Shown here piece after piece: positions 39,033 through 52,309 of a DNA stretch of 64,000 nt. The DNA comes from the human T2T-CHM13v2.0 reference genome, Homo sapiens, in NCBI RefSeq assembly GCF_009914755.1, contig NC_060942.1; one strand, given 5' to 3'. Below the pieces are notes generated by a model. That model saw only the letters and a list, made by a program, of their open reading frames with translations, did not search any database and was not told the origin of the DNA. The translations under genes and the position numbers were made by a program. Numbering within the stretch: the stretch's first letter is position 1; each line of letters opens with the position of its first letter.

Positions 39033-42030
39033 ACATGGAATATGAGTCTGGGTGGCGTTCTGATAGTGGCAATGTTTTGCTTCCTTAGCCAGACCTAAGC
39101 TTTCTAGAGAAATGTCACTAGGGTTTCATGATCATTTCTGTGAGCACCTTGAAAATTTATTAGGGAAAGAGGTTGCGAGAGCAAGTAAATCCCCTATAAA
39201 TATGGCCCCTAGCAACTTCACATTCTTACACATTAATCCATACTTAATATTTAGCAACTTATTAATCATTTCTTCCTGAATCTTTTTATCAATTTATATG
39301 GCATCCAGTGACTGGCTGTCTGAGATTATCCTGTGCTCTTAATATGGTTTTCTTTACAGGCATCTCTCTCCCTGCAGATTTCAACATTGTTTTTTGCCCT
39401 ACAACCTCAGTTCTCCCAAGTGTCCAAAGAAGTGTCTATAGTTCAGCTTGTTCAGCCATTTCCTGTTACAAGGGCTGGAGAGACTCTCTTTCCAACTCTC
39501 TACAAATCCAACACGACATAGAAAATAATATGATGATTTTAAAAATTGAAATTAAAGAAAAGCAAGTAGAAATAATGAGGCAACAAAAGGCAATGACTTC
39601 AGAAAATAGCTTGTACATCTAGGGTTCGGGGAAAAAAAAGAAGAGATTGGGGTTATTAGAATCTAGAACTTTGGGAAAGTGGTCTAACAGTTACAGGTCT
39701 CAGAGCTAGGAGTAGATGGCACTACCCTGCAGGTGCTGTTTTCTGAGCAGCTAAGAGGAGTGCCCATGTGGAGACAGAACTTAGACCTCTCAGGACAAGG
39801 CCCTTGCTCACTAGTGCTAATGCCCGAAAAGGGTTGTACTGAGGCTAGCTAGAAGTACAGGAAAAAAATAAACAGGAAGCTAAAAAACTGCTGCCATTTT
39901 TATTACCTATTCATGGCACTAGGGTGAAGCTAAGAGTAGTGAGCAAATATTATGGTCACTCAAACCCTCCAGATTTTCTGTCTCTGTCACTAGCAAAAAA
40001 AAAAAAAAACAAAAAGAATCTTCACCAGCATTAACAGAGTGTTGACAGATGGGCATTACACAGAAAGAAAATAGTTTAATAATCAGCAAAAAATGTCTTT
40101 GTATTACTTTGAAAAGTAGATTTTATGCTATGCCAAATTATTATTATATATACTAATTTTATATGTATTTAAAATATTTAAAACAATGCATCATATTATG
40201 TAATGAATATGACTGTTTTTATTTGCAAAAGTACATGCGAAAGATAGAGAGAGAAATTACTAGTTCTATTTTAAATGCTGTTTTTTTTCCCGCTGCTTAG
40301 TTTTATTGTTTGTTTCACCTTGATAGAGGAGATGTATTAATATTACCACTATAATCTACAAATCTATAATTTGAAGGCTATTAGAATGACCTATCCACTT
40401 CCACAGATGCATTCTCTAAGGGCAGGATTCTCCATGGCATAGTAACGACAGCTTTGAAAAGCATATCATTAGAAATGTAATAACATATTTTCAGGACATC
40501 ATGTCACATTATGGGCACATTATTCTTCTGCTGTATGAGTTTGATTCCCATTACCACAAAGAGAAAAAAAACAAAGAAAATGAAACGTTAAGAGTTTGCT
40601 TTGCTGTAGAACTTATGAGTGATCATCGCTAATGATTTTTAATCAATATTACATGGAAAGGAAAGATAGAAATTCTGTGTATCTATTACTTTTAGATTTT
40701 TCTACACACAATGGATTTGGAATGATCGTTTCTAGAATTATTTTATTAGAATTTTCTTTTTCCCTTATGAGTAGTTTGTTCCTATAACAGATCATTTAAA
40801 TGTTGTTATATAAAAAGTCATAAACTTTTCCAAAATTAATACTGTGTAAGTCTGTCTATGATGGTACTTAATGTTAAAAAAAAAATAAAAGACAAATACA
40901 CACTTACCCAGGAAACACATAGTTCTTGAGTTGCATAGCCAGGTGGTGCTTTAGTAGCTGCTTTTGCTCAGGACTTTAAGTTACTTGTAGATTATTTACA
41001 ATTTGTTTCATATATAAAGCCAGTCCACACCGTCTTTAAGCCACATCCATGACGAGGTGAGTATTAAATTGCTAAAAAATGGACATAAAAGGGATACAAT
41101 TAAGGGATTTTAACCAAAAGTTGTAATATCACAGCTGGAAATCCAACTGTGCTCATATTCATGTATCTGTTTATTATACCTTAAAAATTACCATCTATGT
41201 GAATTCTTATGTTTCTATGTGCAAGTAAACCTGCAGACTAGATGTGTATAAGCTGGCACTGATAATTCAAAGACAAAAATCCAATCAAAAGCAAAACTTC
41301 TTTGAATATTTTGTTCTGGTGGTGTTGGTATGGATGAGTAATTCTGCTTGCATTTTACATATATAAGCTTAATTACTTTAAGTTTTGTGAAATAACTTTA
41401 GTGACACAACATTAACAGTGAAAGAAAAGACAAATCAGTTTTTTCTCAATTCAAGTGGAAAAAAGTTAAATAACTTTGAATTATTTTATAAAGTATGGTG
41501 AACTTTCTTTTAAACAATATGAGATCTTAGATTTGCTTTTGGAGTTGGGAAGAATTAAACAGTGATATTCATTGTGTTATATGTGTCATTACACACAATT
41601 CATGAATTATAGTATGAAAGAGATCAAATATTGTATGTAAGTGTGGATGTGTGTAACGATGCAGTACCTTTCTTGTATTATAAAAGTCTCGTTCACCGAT
41701 CTATTACCCGAGATTAACTTCTCAGAAATGCAGACTATATACATACGTTTTAAATTCCAAGTAAATGGTAAGTTTAAATGGGTTAAAAATGCTAAAATTA
41801 TTTTAAAATATATATGATAAAATGTGCAATAAAACATAAATTTTGAAATAAAAGAATAAATACAACTATTTTCACGCATATAGAAAAACTGCATGAGTTA
41901 CAGTTTTAAAATTGCTTTCCAATATATGCTGTTTATTTTAAGATGTATTATTCTACATTGTTGAGTACACAGTAAGCATTCAACACATGCTTCTTGGAAT
42001 GAAACAAAGTCTTAAAATTGGATATTTTGT

Positions 42031-42310
42031 GGTCGGGTGTGGTGGCTCACAGCACATTAGGAGGCAGAGGCAGGCAGATTACTTGAGCCAAGGAGTTTGA
42101 GACCAGCCTTGGCAACATTGTGAGACCCCATCTCTACAGAAAGTTTTAAAAAATTAGCCAGCCTGTGGCATGCGCCTATAGTCCCAGCTACTGAGGTGGC
42201 TGGGGTGGTAGGATCACTTGAACACAAGAGGTCAAGGTTGCAGTGAGCCCTGATCAGGCCACTGCACTCCAGCCTGGGTAACATAGTAAGACACTGTCTC
42301 AAAGATAAAA
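42031..42310 (+). mobile_element. AluJ with a small left-arm deletion
   Basis: J-type gaggtcaaggttgcagtgagc; TSD TAAAATTGGATATTTT at 42013 and 42311. Confidence 0.9.
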
Positions 42311-44139
42311 TAAAATTGGATATTTTTACACAAGAAAAAAATGAAATTGCAATATCTAATAGGATGTGTTTCAAAAGAGTAAAACTTTTAATATTAGAAA
42401 ATAATGGTAATTTTATTTCTAGCATAATGGCTTCGAACCTTCATTTGAAATATTCTCATTGAAAGTTAATTTAGCAGAGAAGTTTACTTTAAGACTGCCA
42501 GGTGAGGTGGGAGGGGAGGGAGAAGCAATATCTGCTGAAGCTTTAAGAAAATTTCAATGCAACACAGTTATATTAATTTATGTATTATCTTCCATATTTT
42601 CATAACTACTGTTATAAAAAACCTCACTTAGCTTTATTCTTGCTCTGAAATGTTAGAGATAATAGAATTAGAGAAGATCTCTGGCCAGTATACTCAGAAA
42701 GTTATAAGCAAGTGTCACATTCATCACATTATATGATAACTATTGTCACTAAATACTTGATAGCTATTTCACAATCATGGTCAGCCCTGCACTGTGTAAT
42801 AATGAAACAAATGTTAACAAAATGGTGAATACATTTTCTCATATAGCATATAAATGGATTTTGCATTTAATATTAATTTTTGATATCCATTGAAAATAAT
42901 CAGTGATCACATGGAGTACTAAATTTGAAGTGTTTTTCTCTTATGTTTCAAAAATCAGCTTTATATAAAGTCTATTGGTTGGGACCAAATTTCCCCACAT
43001 ATTCTAGTTTTCCTTCTGGGGCAGCATACTCTGTCCTTGTGCCCCAAGTACATAAAATATTAGAGACCCTGTATCACAGACCATTTCTTCCAAAATCAAC
43101 TAATACCACCTGGCTCCTACTCAGTAACTGAAATCTAGTACCTTGCTTTTCTGCCATGTGAAACTAATTAGATATAACCATCCTTGCTATTTTAAAATTA
43201 TATCTTCAATATCTACATGCATGATATCTTTGTGCCTTTTGTTCCTGTCCTCTGGGTTATATCTCTAAAGCTATGTATCTTCCTGCAACCACTGCCCATA
43301 TAAAGGGACATGTGTTGCCTTGTGTTTCAGTTAGTCCCCGTTCAAAACTAATGTTTCTCATCTGTTTCCTGCAAAATACTTTTATGCCATTTTTCTCTTC
43401 CCTGCCATTATGAAAAGCAGGAAATGTTCTGTTTAAGTAAAAGTAAGGTATTTTTGAAGAAAAATCGCATAACTCAAGCGTCTATTGCCTGTGGAAGTTG
43501 TTCAGCTGCAAGATAGCAAAAGTGTGGTCCCTGGAAAACCAATGATTTCAAAATGTAGACTAGGCAGAGTGAAGGGCATGGATTTCAAAAGAGAAAGTTT
43601 AGGAATTTGAGTATTAGTCATATGGATCTTTAGATTAGAGATACTGTTGGATGATTATTTTAATGTTATAGCTTGTTTTAATTCTTATACTTTAACTCAA
43701 TATACAGAGAAAAACCTACTCATTTTAAGAATTATATATTGACAAATTATAGTATGTATGTTTACAGGGTAGAAAGTGTGTTACGACTTTGAAATACATA
43801 TGGAAATATTAAACTAATTACATTAACATATCATCACCTCAAATATTTAATATTTTTGTGAGAACACTAGAAGTTTACTCTCTTTGTGATATTGAAATGT
43901 ACAGAACACAATTCTTAGCAATGTTCACCATTGGTAATAGCCATTCTAATAAATGTGAGGTGATATCTCATTGTAGTTTCAATTTACATTTCCCTGATTA
44001 TTAATAAGGATGAGCACTTCAGTTTTTCACATATCTGCCATTGAGCTTTTATCCTGTTTTCTTCCAGTACCTTTAAAGTTAAAAGTCTCACATGTAAAAG
44101 TCTAATCCATTTTGAGTTGATTCTTGTATATGGTGAGAG

Positions 44140-44225
44140 AAAAGGGTCCAATTTCATTCTTCTGCATATGGATATGTGCCAACAATTGGATATCCATATG
44201 CAGAAGAATGAAATTGGACCCTTTT
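44140..44225. repeat. Perfect inverted repeat: 36-bp arms, 14-nt spacer
   Basis: 44140-44175 is the exact reverse complement of 44190-44225. Confidence 0.97.
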
Positions 44226-44603
44226 ACGGAAGAGGGTCCAGTTAAAGAGACTGTCTTTTCTGCATTATATGTTCTTGGCATCTCTGTCTAAAATTAATGG
44301 ACTGTAATTTTGTGGCTTTATTTCTGGGCTCTCTATGCTATTCCATTGGTCAATGTGTCTGTTTTAATGTTAGTAGCATGCTGTTTTGATTACCTTGGTT
44401 TTGTAATATGTTTTCAAGTCAGGTAAGTTGATGCCTCAAGCTTTGTTCTTTTGACTCAAGATTGGTTTGGATACTAGGGGTCTTTTGTGGTTCTATATAA
44501 ATTTTAGAATTGTTTTTCTCCATTCCTGTTAAAAATGACATTGGAATTTTGAATGAGATTATATTCAATCTATAAATTGCTTTGGGTATTATAAATACTT
44601 TAC

Positions 44604-44955
44604 ATATATATTATACTTTAAGTTCTGGGATACATGTGCAGAACATACAAGTTTTGTTACCTAGGTATACATGTGCCATGGTGGTTTGCTGCACCCATCA
44701 ACCCGTCATCTACATTAGGCATTTCTCCTAATGCTATCCCTCCACTAGCCCCCCACCTCCCAAAAGGCCCCAGTGTGTGATGTTCCCTTGCCTGTGTCCA
44801 TGTGTTCTCATTGTTCAGCTCTCACTTATGAATGAGAACATGCAGTGTTTGGTTTTCTGTTCCTGTGTTAGTTTGCTGAGAATGATGGTTTCCAGCTTCA
44901 TCCATGTCCCTGCAAAGGACATGAACTCATCCTTTTTTATGGCTGCATAGTGTTC
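44604..44955 (-). mobile_element. L1PA (about PA7-PA8) 3' end nested in the L1MA
   Basis: tattatactttaagttctgggatacatgtgcagaac...ttttatggctgcatag. Confidence 0.88.
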
Positions 44956-45137
44956 AACTTTTCACTGTTGAGGGTGGTGTTAGTTGTGGACTTCTCATGT
45001 ATAGCCTTTATTGTATTGAGGACTATTTCTTTTATACTTTATTTGTTGAATGTTTTTATTATGAAAGATGTTGAATTTTGTCAAATACTTGATTTTCAAG
45101 ATGATGACATCATTGTCTAGAAGCTGCAATGGAAAGC

Positions 45138-45968
45138 AAGAGTAGATAAACTAATGGTCACTCAAAGATGCACATTTTCTAATCTCCAGGGTCTGTGAAT
45201 ACATCATCTTAGAAGACTAAATTGACTTTGCAGATGTACTAATTAAGGTTAGTGAAGTGGGTAAGTTTTCCCAGATTATCACGGTGGGCCAAGTCACAGA
45301 GGTCCTCATAAGAGGTAGACAGGAGCGTCAGAGCCTATGAAAGAGATATGATAACAGAAGCAAAGGTCAGAGTGATGAAGCCAGAGTGAAGAAGTGGTGG
45401 TGAGTTAAGGAGGGCAAATTGGCCTTCTAAAAAATAATCACATTTGTCTATGGAGTCTTAGAGGCAAGAGGGGAGGGTGCTGTTAAATGGGACATCCAAA
45501 ACTCTCAGGTTTTCTTCTTATTACTCAACTATGAAAAACTCGGGGACTTTCTCTTCATATCTGCCAGTAGAGAGCATTAAAAAATTAAGAGGAAATGATA
45601 AAATAAGCAATGCATAGATGCCAGAATCTGAGGAGCACAGCCTTAGCATCTGAGTTTCCAAAGCATCAACTTAACCTTAACATTTGAGTTTAAAAAGGAA
45701 AATTAAGAGATTTTGTGGGTTTGGGGAGAAAAAAGCATGCTTGAAGAATGGCATGTCATATTGAGTCTTGTATGTGGGCAGCCTCTAGAAGCTGCAAAAA
45801 AAGGAAATGGACTCTCTCCTTGACCCTCAAGAAGGTATCCAGACTTGCCAACCGCTTTTTAGACTTCTGAGCTGCAAAACTACAAGATAATAACTTTGGG
45901 TTGGTTTAAGAAACTAAATTTGTCATGATTCATCATGACCATCATAACAGCAGTAGGAAACTAATACA
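45138..45968 (+). mobile_element. MLT1D-like LTR interrupted by a 380-bp insert
   Basis: gactttgcagatgt; ggcagcctctagaagctg; ends cagcagtaggaaactaataca. Confidence 0.78.
45393..45772 (+). repeat. Direct repeat, copy 1 (inserted copy)
   Basis: ~93% identical by manual count to 46297-46674. Confidence 0.95.
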
Positions 45969-46296
45969 GCCCCACATCCAAATACAATGGAAAATAATGT
46001 GAGGGAGAAAACAGCAACCATCTGCAAAAGAGGTATTGGGCTTCAGTGAGAGCTAATTTTCAGTTAGAGCAAGAACATGAAGGTTGAGGTTATAGAGCAC
46101 ATGGGGAGAATGCTCAGAAAATATTTCAGGAGCTTGGAAAGAAAGGGAGATGAGCTCACAAGGATATACAGACCTCTATAGGAGAAATAACTCTGGAGGA
46201 AGAGAGATGAACTGGAGCCCTGGGCTTCTAATAATTTCTCACAAAATGTAAGAATAGAGGGTAAATGAGATTAGTATTGAGGGTCACAAGACACTG

Positions 46297-46674
46297 AGTG
46301 GTGGTGAGTTACGGAAGGTAAATTGGCCTTCTAAAAAATAATCACATTTGTCTATGGAGTCTCAGACGCAAAGGAAGGGTGCTGTTAAATGGGACATCCA
46401 AAACTCTCAGGTTTTCTTCTTATTACTCAACTATGAAAAATTTGTGGACTTTCTCTTCATACCTGCCAGTAGAGAGCATAAAAAATAAAAGAGGAAATAA
46501 TAAAATAAGCAATGCATAGATGCCAGAATCTGAGGAGCATAACCTTAGCATCTGAATTTCCAAAGCATCAACTTAACCTGAACATTTGAGTTTAAAAAGG
46601 AGAATTAAGAGATTTTGTGGGTTTGGAGAGAAAAAGGTTTGCTTGAAGAATGGCATGTCATGTGGAGTCTTGTA
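46297..46674 (+). repeat. Direct repeat, copy 2 (probable donor)
   Basis: Matches 45393-45772. Confidence 0.95.
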
Positions 46675-46935
46675 AGAAGAAGTGATGGATATTTCACATT
46701 TGTATTAAATGTATCTGTCTGAATTTAGGAGAGAAAAAAGATTACATGAGGTGTTTTCCATAAGGATGCTATGAAATGATAATTATCCATAGCAATGAGA
46801 AACTATGCTTTTTCCTTTCTACCTTTAGAGTCAGAACTTTGGTAAAAGTTGAGGTGTTTCTCCTTGACTTTTTGGAAACTTTGCTTCTTATATGTATTTT
46901 TGTAGGGTAAAACACTAAGAAGTATAGATCATTCA

Positions 46936-47263
<328 letters not shown>

Positions 47264-49115
47264 AAAAGAGCTTTAAGTAAAAAATCAAATGGGTTAAAGT
47301 AAAATTGCACTTTTTACAATAGTGATGAAACAAGAAAAATTATGTCTGATGATTTCTCATATTCTTTTCTATTGAAAAATGAATGTCTTATTTTACTGGG
47401 TGCTTTCAGGACAATATGTTAGTCCATGAATTTTGCAGAAGATGAATCCATAGGAAATTATCAGAGCAGCAATATAAGTCCCGAAGCCTAAATTCAACAG
47501 CAGTTGTGCATGTATTAGTTCAGCGAGCAGTACTGGATTTTCACAAACATGCTGACTTATGATGACCAAAATGAGAAATGAATAACCAGCAATGGAGCCT
47601 GAATAGCAATAAGTGGAAGTCGGCAGATGGTGTGTGAATATCACACTGGCGCTGGAAAATAGCAGAACAGACAGCCATGCTTACTATGATGACAGATTGA
47701 CTGACTAGAAAAAGCTTGAATGCACTCGTGGCATTTTCCCTAGCGTTTTAATTGGAGACATAATAGTTCAAAGTAAACTCCATATCAGTTAGAACTGATA
47801 AGTCAAATTCAACTTAGTGTAGGCTTGGTGTATCTGTTCAATCTTTTTTTTCTATGAAGGAATCTACATATTGACTAATTAGCAGAGAAAAATGAGTTAT
47901 GTTTCCATTATTAACAGATACTAATGGTTTTAGAGGACATTCTTTGAAATAAAACAAAGTGTCCACAGAAGAGCATGAACATTATACTACTTACTCTATA
48001 TGATGTACTGCTTATGATAAAATGTGATGTTTAATTATTTTCAGAGAAATTATAGCCACTAAGGTTATTTAGGGAAAAGCATAGCTCACCTCTACCTTAC
48101 TTGAAAAGGTTGTATAATATCATCAAAACAGTATCTTTCTTTATACTTAATGAAGTGTCAACTTGTCTATAAATTTGTAGGTGAGTCAAAGGTGAATTAA
48201 GAAATGCAGCCTTCCCAGGTAAGTACCCATCATGGTGCTTGAATTTAAATAATCAATGACAAAACAACATATATTAGGAACTTGAGGTAAAACTCATTTA
48301 ACGAATACATTAATAAGATGATTTGAAGATATGATATTCAAAGATGGAAACAATCTCTCTTAAGAGTTTTTAGATATTGTCATTTATATTCAAAACTATT
48401 ATTCAAATAATTGTGAAAGAAATTTTTGGCATTATACATTTATTGTTTAAGGTCTTTTCTGAACTACATGTATGAACAAACTGTAAAAAAAATGAGAAAA
48501 ACAGACCTTCAAATATGATCAGATTAAGTTAGTAGAATGTCAATATTATATATAATGTGTTGTTGACAGTGTATGATCTTGCCTATATGAGAAGTAGTAA
48601 CCAAGTTACTGCTCTTCAGCTTCTTGATCTATTCACAAGTCACAGAAATAATTACTTTCAATAATTATGTTCTAATTTACTTTGAGATATATATTTAATA
48701 AAATTTAAAAAATATTTTTAAAGAAAATCCCATATAATCAAACCCTAAATGAGTTTCAAAAATCCTTTATCTCATAATCAATGGCTAATCTGGTATTTTT
48801 TATTCCTTTGAAGAGTGTGCACAATGCTTCAAATTTCAGCAAAAAAACGTGTTGAGTTTACTGTTCTACTGGGAAAAATATGGTTTTGAAAAGTTTTGAG
48901 ATTATTTAACAAGATTTTCATCTTTCAACATGAAAAATATGAAATCTAGTTCATAACAAGTGATATATATTAAATTGACTAGTTTCTTTGACTAGTGTGT
49001 TGTTCATCATTTTTCTGGATCCCAAATACTGAATTATGTGCTTATAGGCTTGGATAAATCAACAAAATCAATTTAGAAATATGATAAAGATATGTAGTAG
49101 TTGACCATAACTCCT

Positions 49116-49460
49116 TGATATGGTCTGATGCTGTATCCCCACTCAAATCTCACCTTGAATTGTAATAATCCCCACGAGTTAAAGGTGGGACAGGGTGGAG
49201 ATAATTTAATCATGGGGGCAGTTTCCCCCATGGTATTCTTGTGGTAGTGAGTGAATTCTCACAAGATCTGATGGTTTTATAAGGGGCTTCCCCCTTTGCT
49301 CGGTACTTCTCTCTCCTATTGCCATGTGAAGAGCACCATGATTATAAGTCTCCTGAGACCTCCCCAACCTGCAGAACTGTGAGTAAATTAAACTTGTTTT
49401 CTTTTTAAACTACCGAGTCTAAGGTATTTCTTCATAGCAGCATGATAACAGACTAATACA
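49116..49460 (+). mobile_element. THE1 (C/D-like) MaLR solo LTR
   Basis: TGATATGGT...caaatctcaccttgaattgtaataatcccc...gactaataca. Confidence 0.9.
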
Positions 49461-51046
49461 ATGGTCTTTCTGTTTTTAAAGACCTTTTTATCTGCAATCT
49501 GTAGATAACATCCAATATACTTGAACCAGCTAGGAAAGAGCTGCCTTTTTTTGTTTGTTTGTTTTTGCAATTTAGAAAGAGAAGTTCAAAGAAGCAAATT
49601 TAAAAAAGAAAAAGCATTAACTTTATAGAGCAACAAGAATCAAAGTAGTATGAACTGCTCACTATTTACTCGTGGAGAGATAAAACTTGTAACCAAATAT
49701 GCTTGTCATCTTATCACCCTTACAGTTTAAAAAAAGTATGTTTTGCCAACAGTACCTCCTGTAGAATCCATCTGTCCAATTGTCTTTCTATGAGTTGCAG
49801 TTTCCAAAAGATATTCATCTGTGTCATTTTACTAACTGAATAATCATAATTAAGGCAGCAGCTACATGCATTTTAGTTAATTTTAAAGCAATATCTGGTA
49901 TCACTTAGCTTTTATGTACTTGGGACATGTCTTATAAAGAATCAGTGCAATAAAATACCCAAAGCTTTCCCAGATAGAAAGAGTGGTCAGATGAATTACT
50001 ATAAAGATGTGCTCAAGGTGAAGTGGAAGAATGTCTCTTTTGATTATAAGACTTTTAAAGTAGCAATGAGATCAAGGAAATATCCTCTAAACTGAAATCA
50101 AGTGACTAAAGTTTCAGACGAGTAGAGAGAGATGCCTTTCAGGAAATACCTCAGAATTGACTATCAATCAATTCTCAAATCAAAAGTAATTTCTATCTTC
50201 TTTAAATAGAAAAGGCAATTTTAAAAAAAGGAAAAGAAATGGAAGAAATGGAAAGGGGAATGAAGAAGTAATACTATATCAAGTATTTTGTAAAATATAT
50301 CATATTATTATATCTTTAGTAAATTTTGTCTTAACTGAATAAAAATAAAGCTTAATATAAAATATAAAATATATTGGGTCACACTTAGATTATACATATA
50401 TATAATATTTTACATATATAGATATGAACTAGGAGAGCTAGTTTCTTCCCTTGTATTAGGAAGATCAATCTAGAGATGATTTTTTTAACATATTTAATGA
50501 GCTCTAGTCAAGAACACCGAAAAACAGAATATACAGGGAAACAGGATGCAGAATGACCCCTGCTGAATGAGGAATAAACTTCATTTGCTTGATGTTCAGG
50601 TGGGTCCCAGGGAGGCACAGGAGTGACAAGGGTGACAAATTGTAGCTATTCATCTAAGTGTATGGAAATGCTTCAGTATTCTTACAACTGGTGCTGTCAG
50701 TTAAACTCAGGACTGAGAAAATGTTTATGTTCTTCTCCACTTGAAGAAATGTCCATATGTATAACTTGGGAATTGCTTTCCAGGAGTCATGTTTTGGCTA
50801 TCTGAGAAACGCAGTGTGCTCTAAACAGGAATAAATACAGAGAAAGTAGATAATGATAAATTCATGATTCATGCCCATTCTTGTTTATAGTTGTTCCTGT
50901 AGCTCAACTGCATTCCTACCTTTCTTTGGGGTTTCTTTATTGACCCTCTTCTTCAGTCACATAATATATGCAAATGTCCTTTCAGAATGAGGACAAACTA
51001 GAGCTAAGGAGACTGGCTAAAGTATATTTGTTAAAAGAGAGGATGA

Positions 51047-51486
<440 letters not shown>

Positions 51487-52012
51487 TCAGGGAAGGAGCT
51501 GAGTAGATATTAATATTTGCTTGGTCACCAAAAGAACAATGAGATACAAAAGCACTTGCTTTATTACAAAAAAGGTCTTTGGAGTAGTTAACAAATACAA
51601 CTATGTTAAAACAGTATAATACCAGTTTTGAAAAAGAACAAGAAAAAGGTGTGGTACAATTAAGTCACAGGTAATAATATAGATATAATGCATAAACCAA
51701 TTTCTTTTATTGCTTAAAACTAATCAAAATTGCACATGTATTTGAGTAATCAAATAAACAAATTATTTGATTTTAAAGGTAAAAGTATGGACAGAAAGAA
51801 AAAAGATTGTTTACTTTTCTAATGAAGCATTTTAACACCCTAAGGAGCCAACAGGTCATGGGAGAGTGAAAAGGAATTTTGCAAGAGCTCTTACCTCAGA
51901 TCTTATAAACATTTTGAGTGTGTGAGGCATATGTGATATTTTTAATGTTTTTAAATAGATTTTTAATAGATTTTAATTAATTTTTAATAGATTGCATAAA
52001 ATTTAATCATTG

Positions 52013-52309
52013 GGCAGAGCACAGTGGCTCATGCCTGTAATCCCAGAACTTTGGGAGGCCGAGGTGGGCAGATCACCTGAGGTAGGAGTTCAAAACCAGC
52101 CTGGCCAACATGGTGAAAACTCGTCTCTACTAAAAATACAAAAAATTAGCCAGCTGTGGTGGTGTGTGCCTGTATTCCCAGCTTCTTGGGAAGCTGAGGC
52201 ACAAGAATCACTTGAACCCGGGAGGCGGAGGTTGTAGTGAGCCAAGATAATGCCACTGTACTCCAGCCTGGGCGACAGAGTGAGGCTCCATCTCAAAAAA
52301 AATAAACAA
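52013..52309 (+). mobile_element. AluSx-like
   Basis: Full dimer; TSD ATAAAAT(T/G)TAATCATT. Confidence 0.92.

Larger units (their letters stand above)
28115..39510 (-). mobile_element. Long old L1M (MC/MD-like) relic running from 3' end to 5' region, interrupted by four ERV insertions
   Basis: 3' UTR-like at 28.1-29.2 kb; endonuclease-like remnant in ORF 30714..30953 (YFILINGS..LNLYTLN); antisense L1 sequence resumes after each LTR. Confidence 0.7.
43722..45090 (-). mobile_element. L1MA-type 3' region with internal deletions
   Basis: Antisense L1MA 3' end and ORF2 motifs (gtgaggtgatatctcattgt). Confidence 0.8.

Noticed and set aside
39650-40060. Possible ancient LTR fragment
   Set aside because: Resemblance too weak to assign without an HMM search
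51748-51772. 10-bp-arm inverted repeat
   Set aside because: Expected by chance in AT-rich DNA
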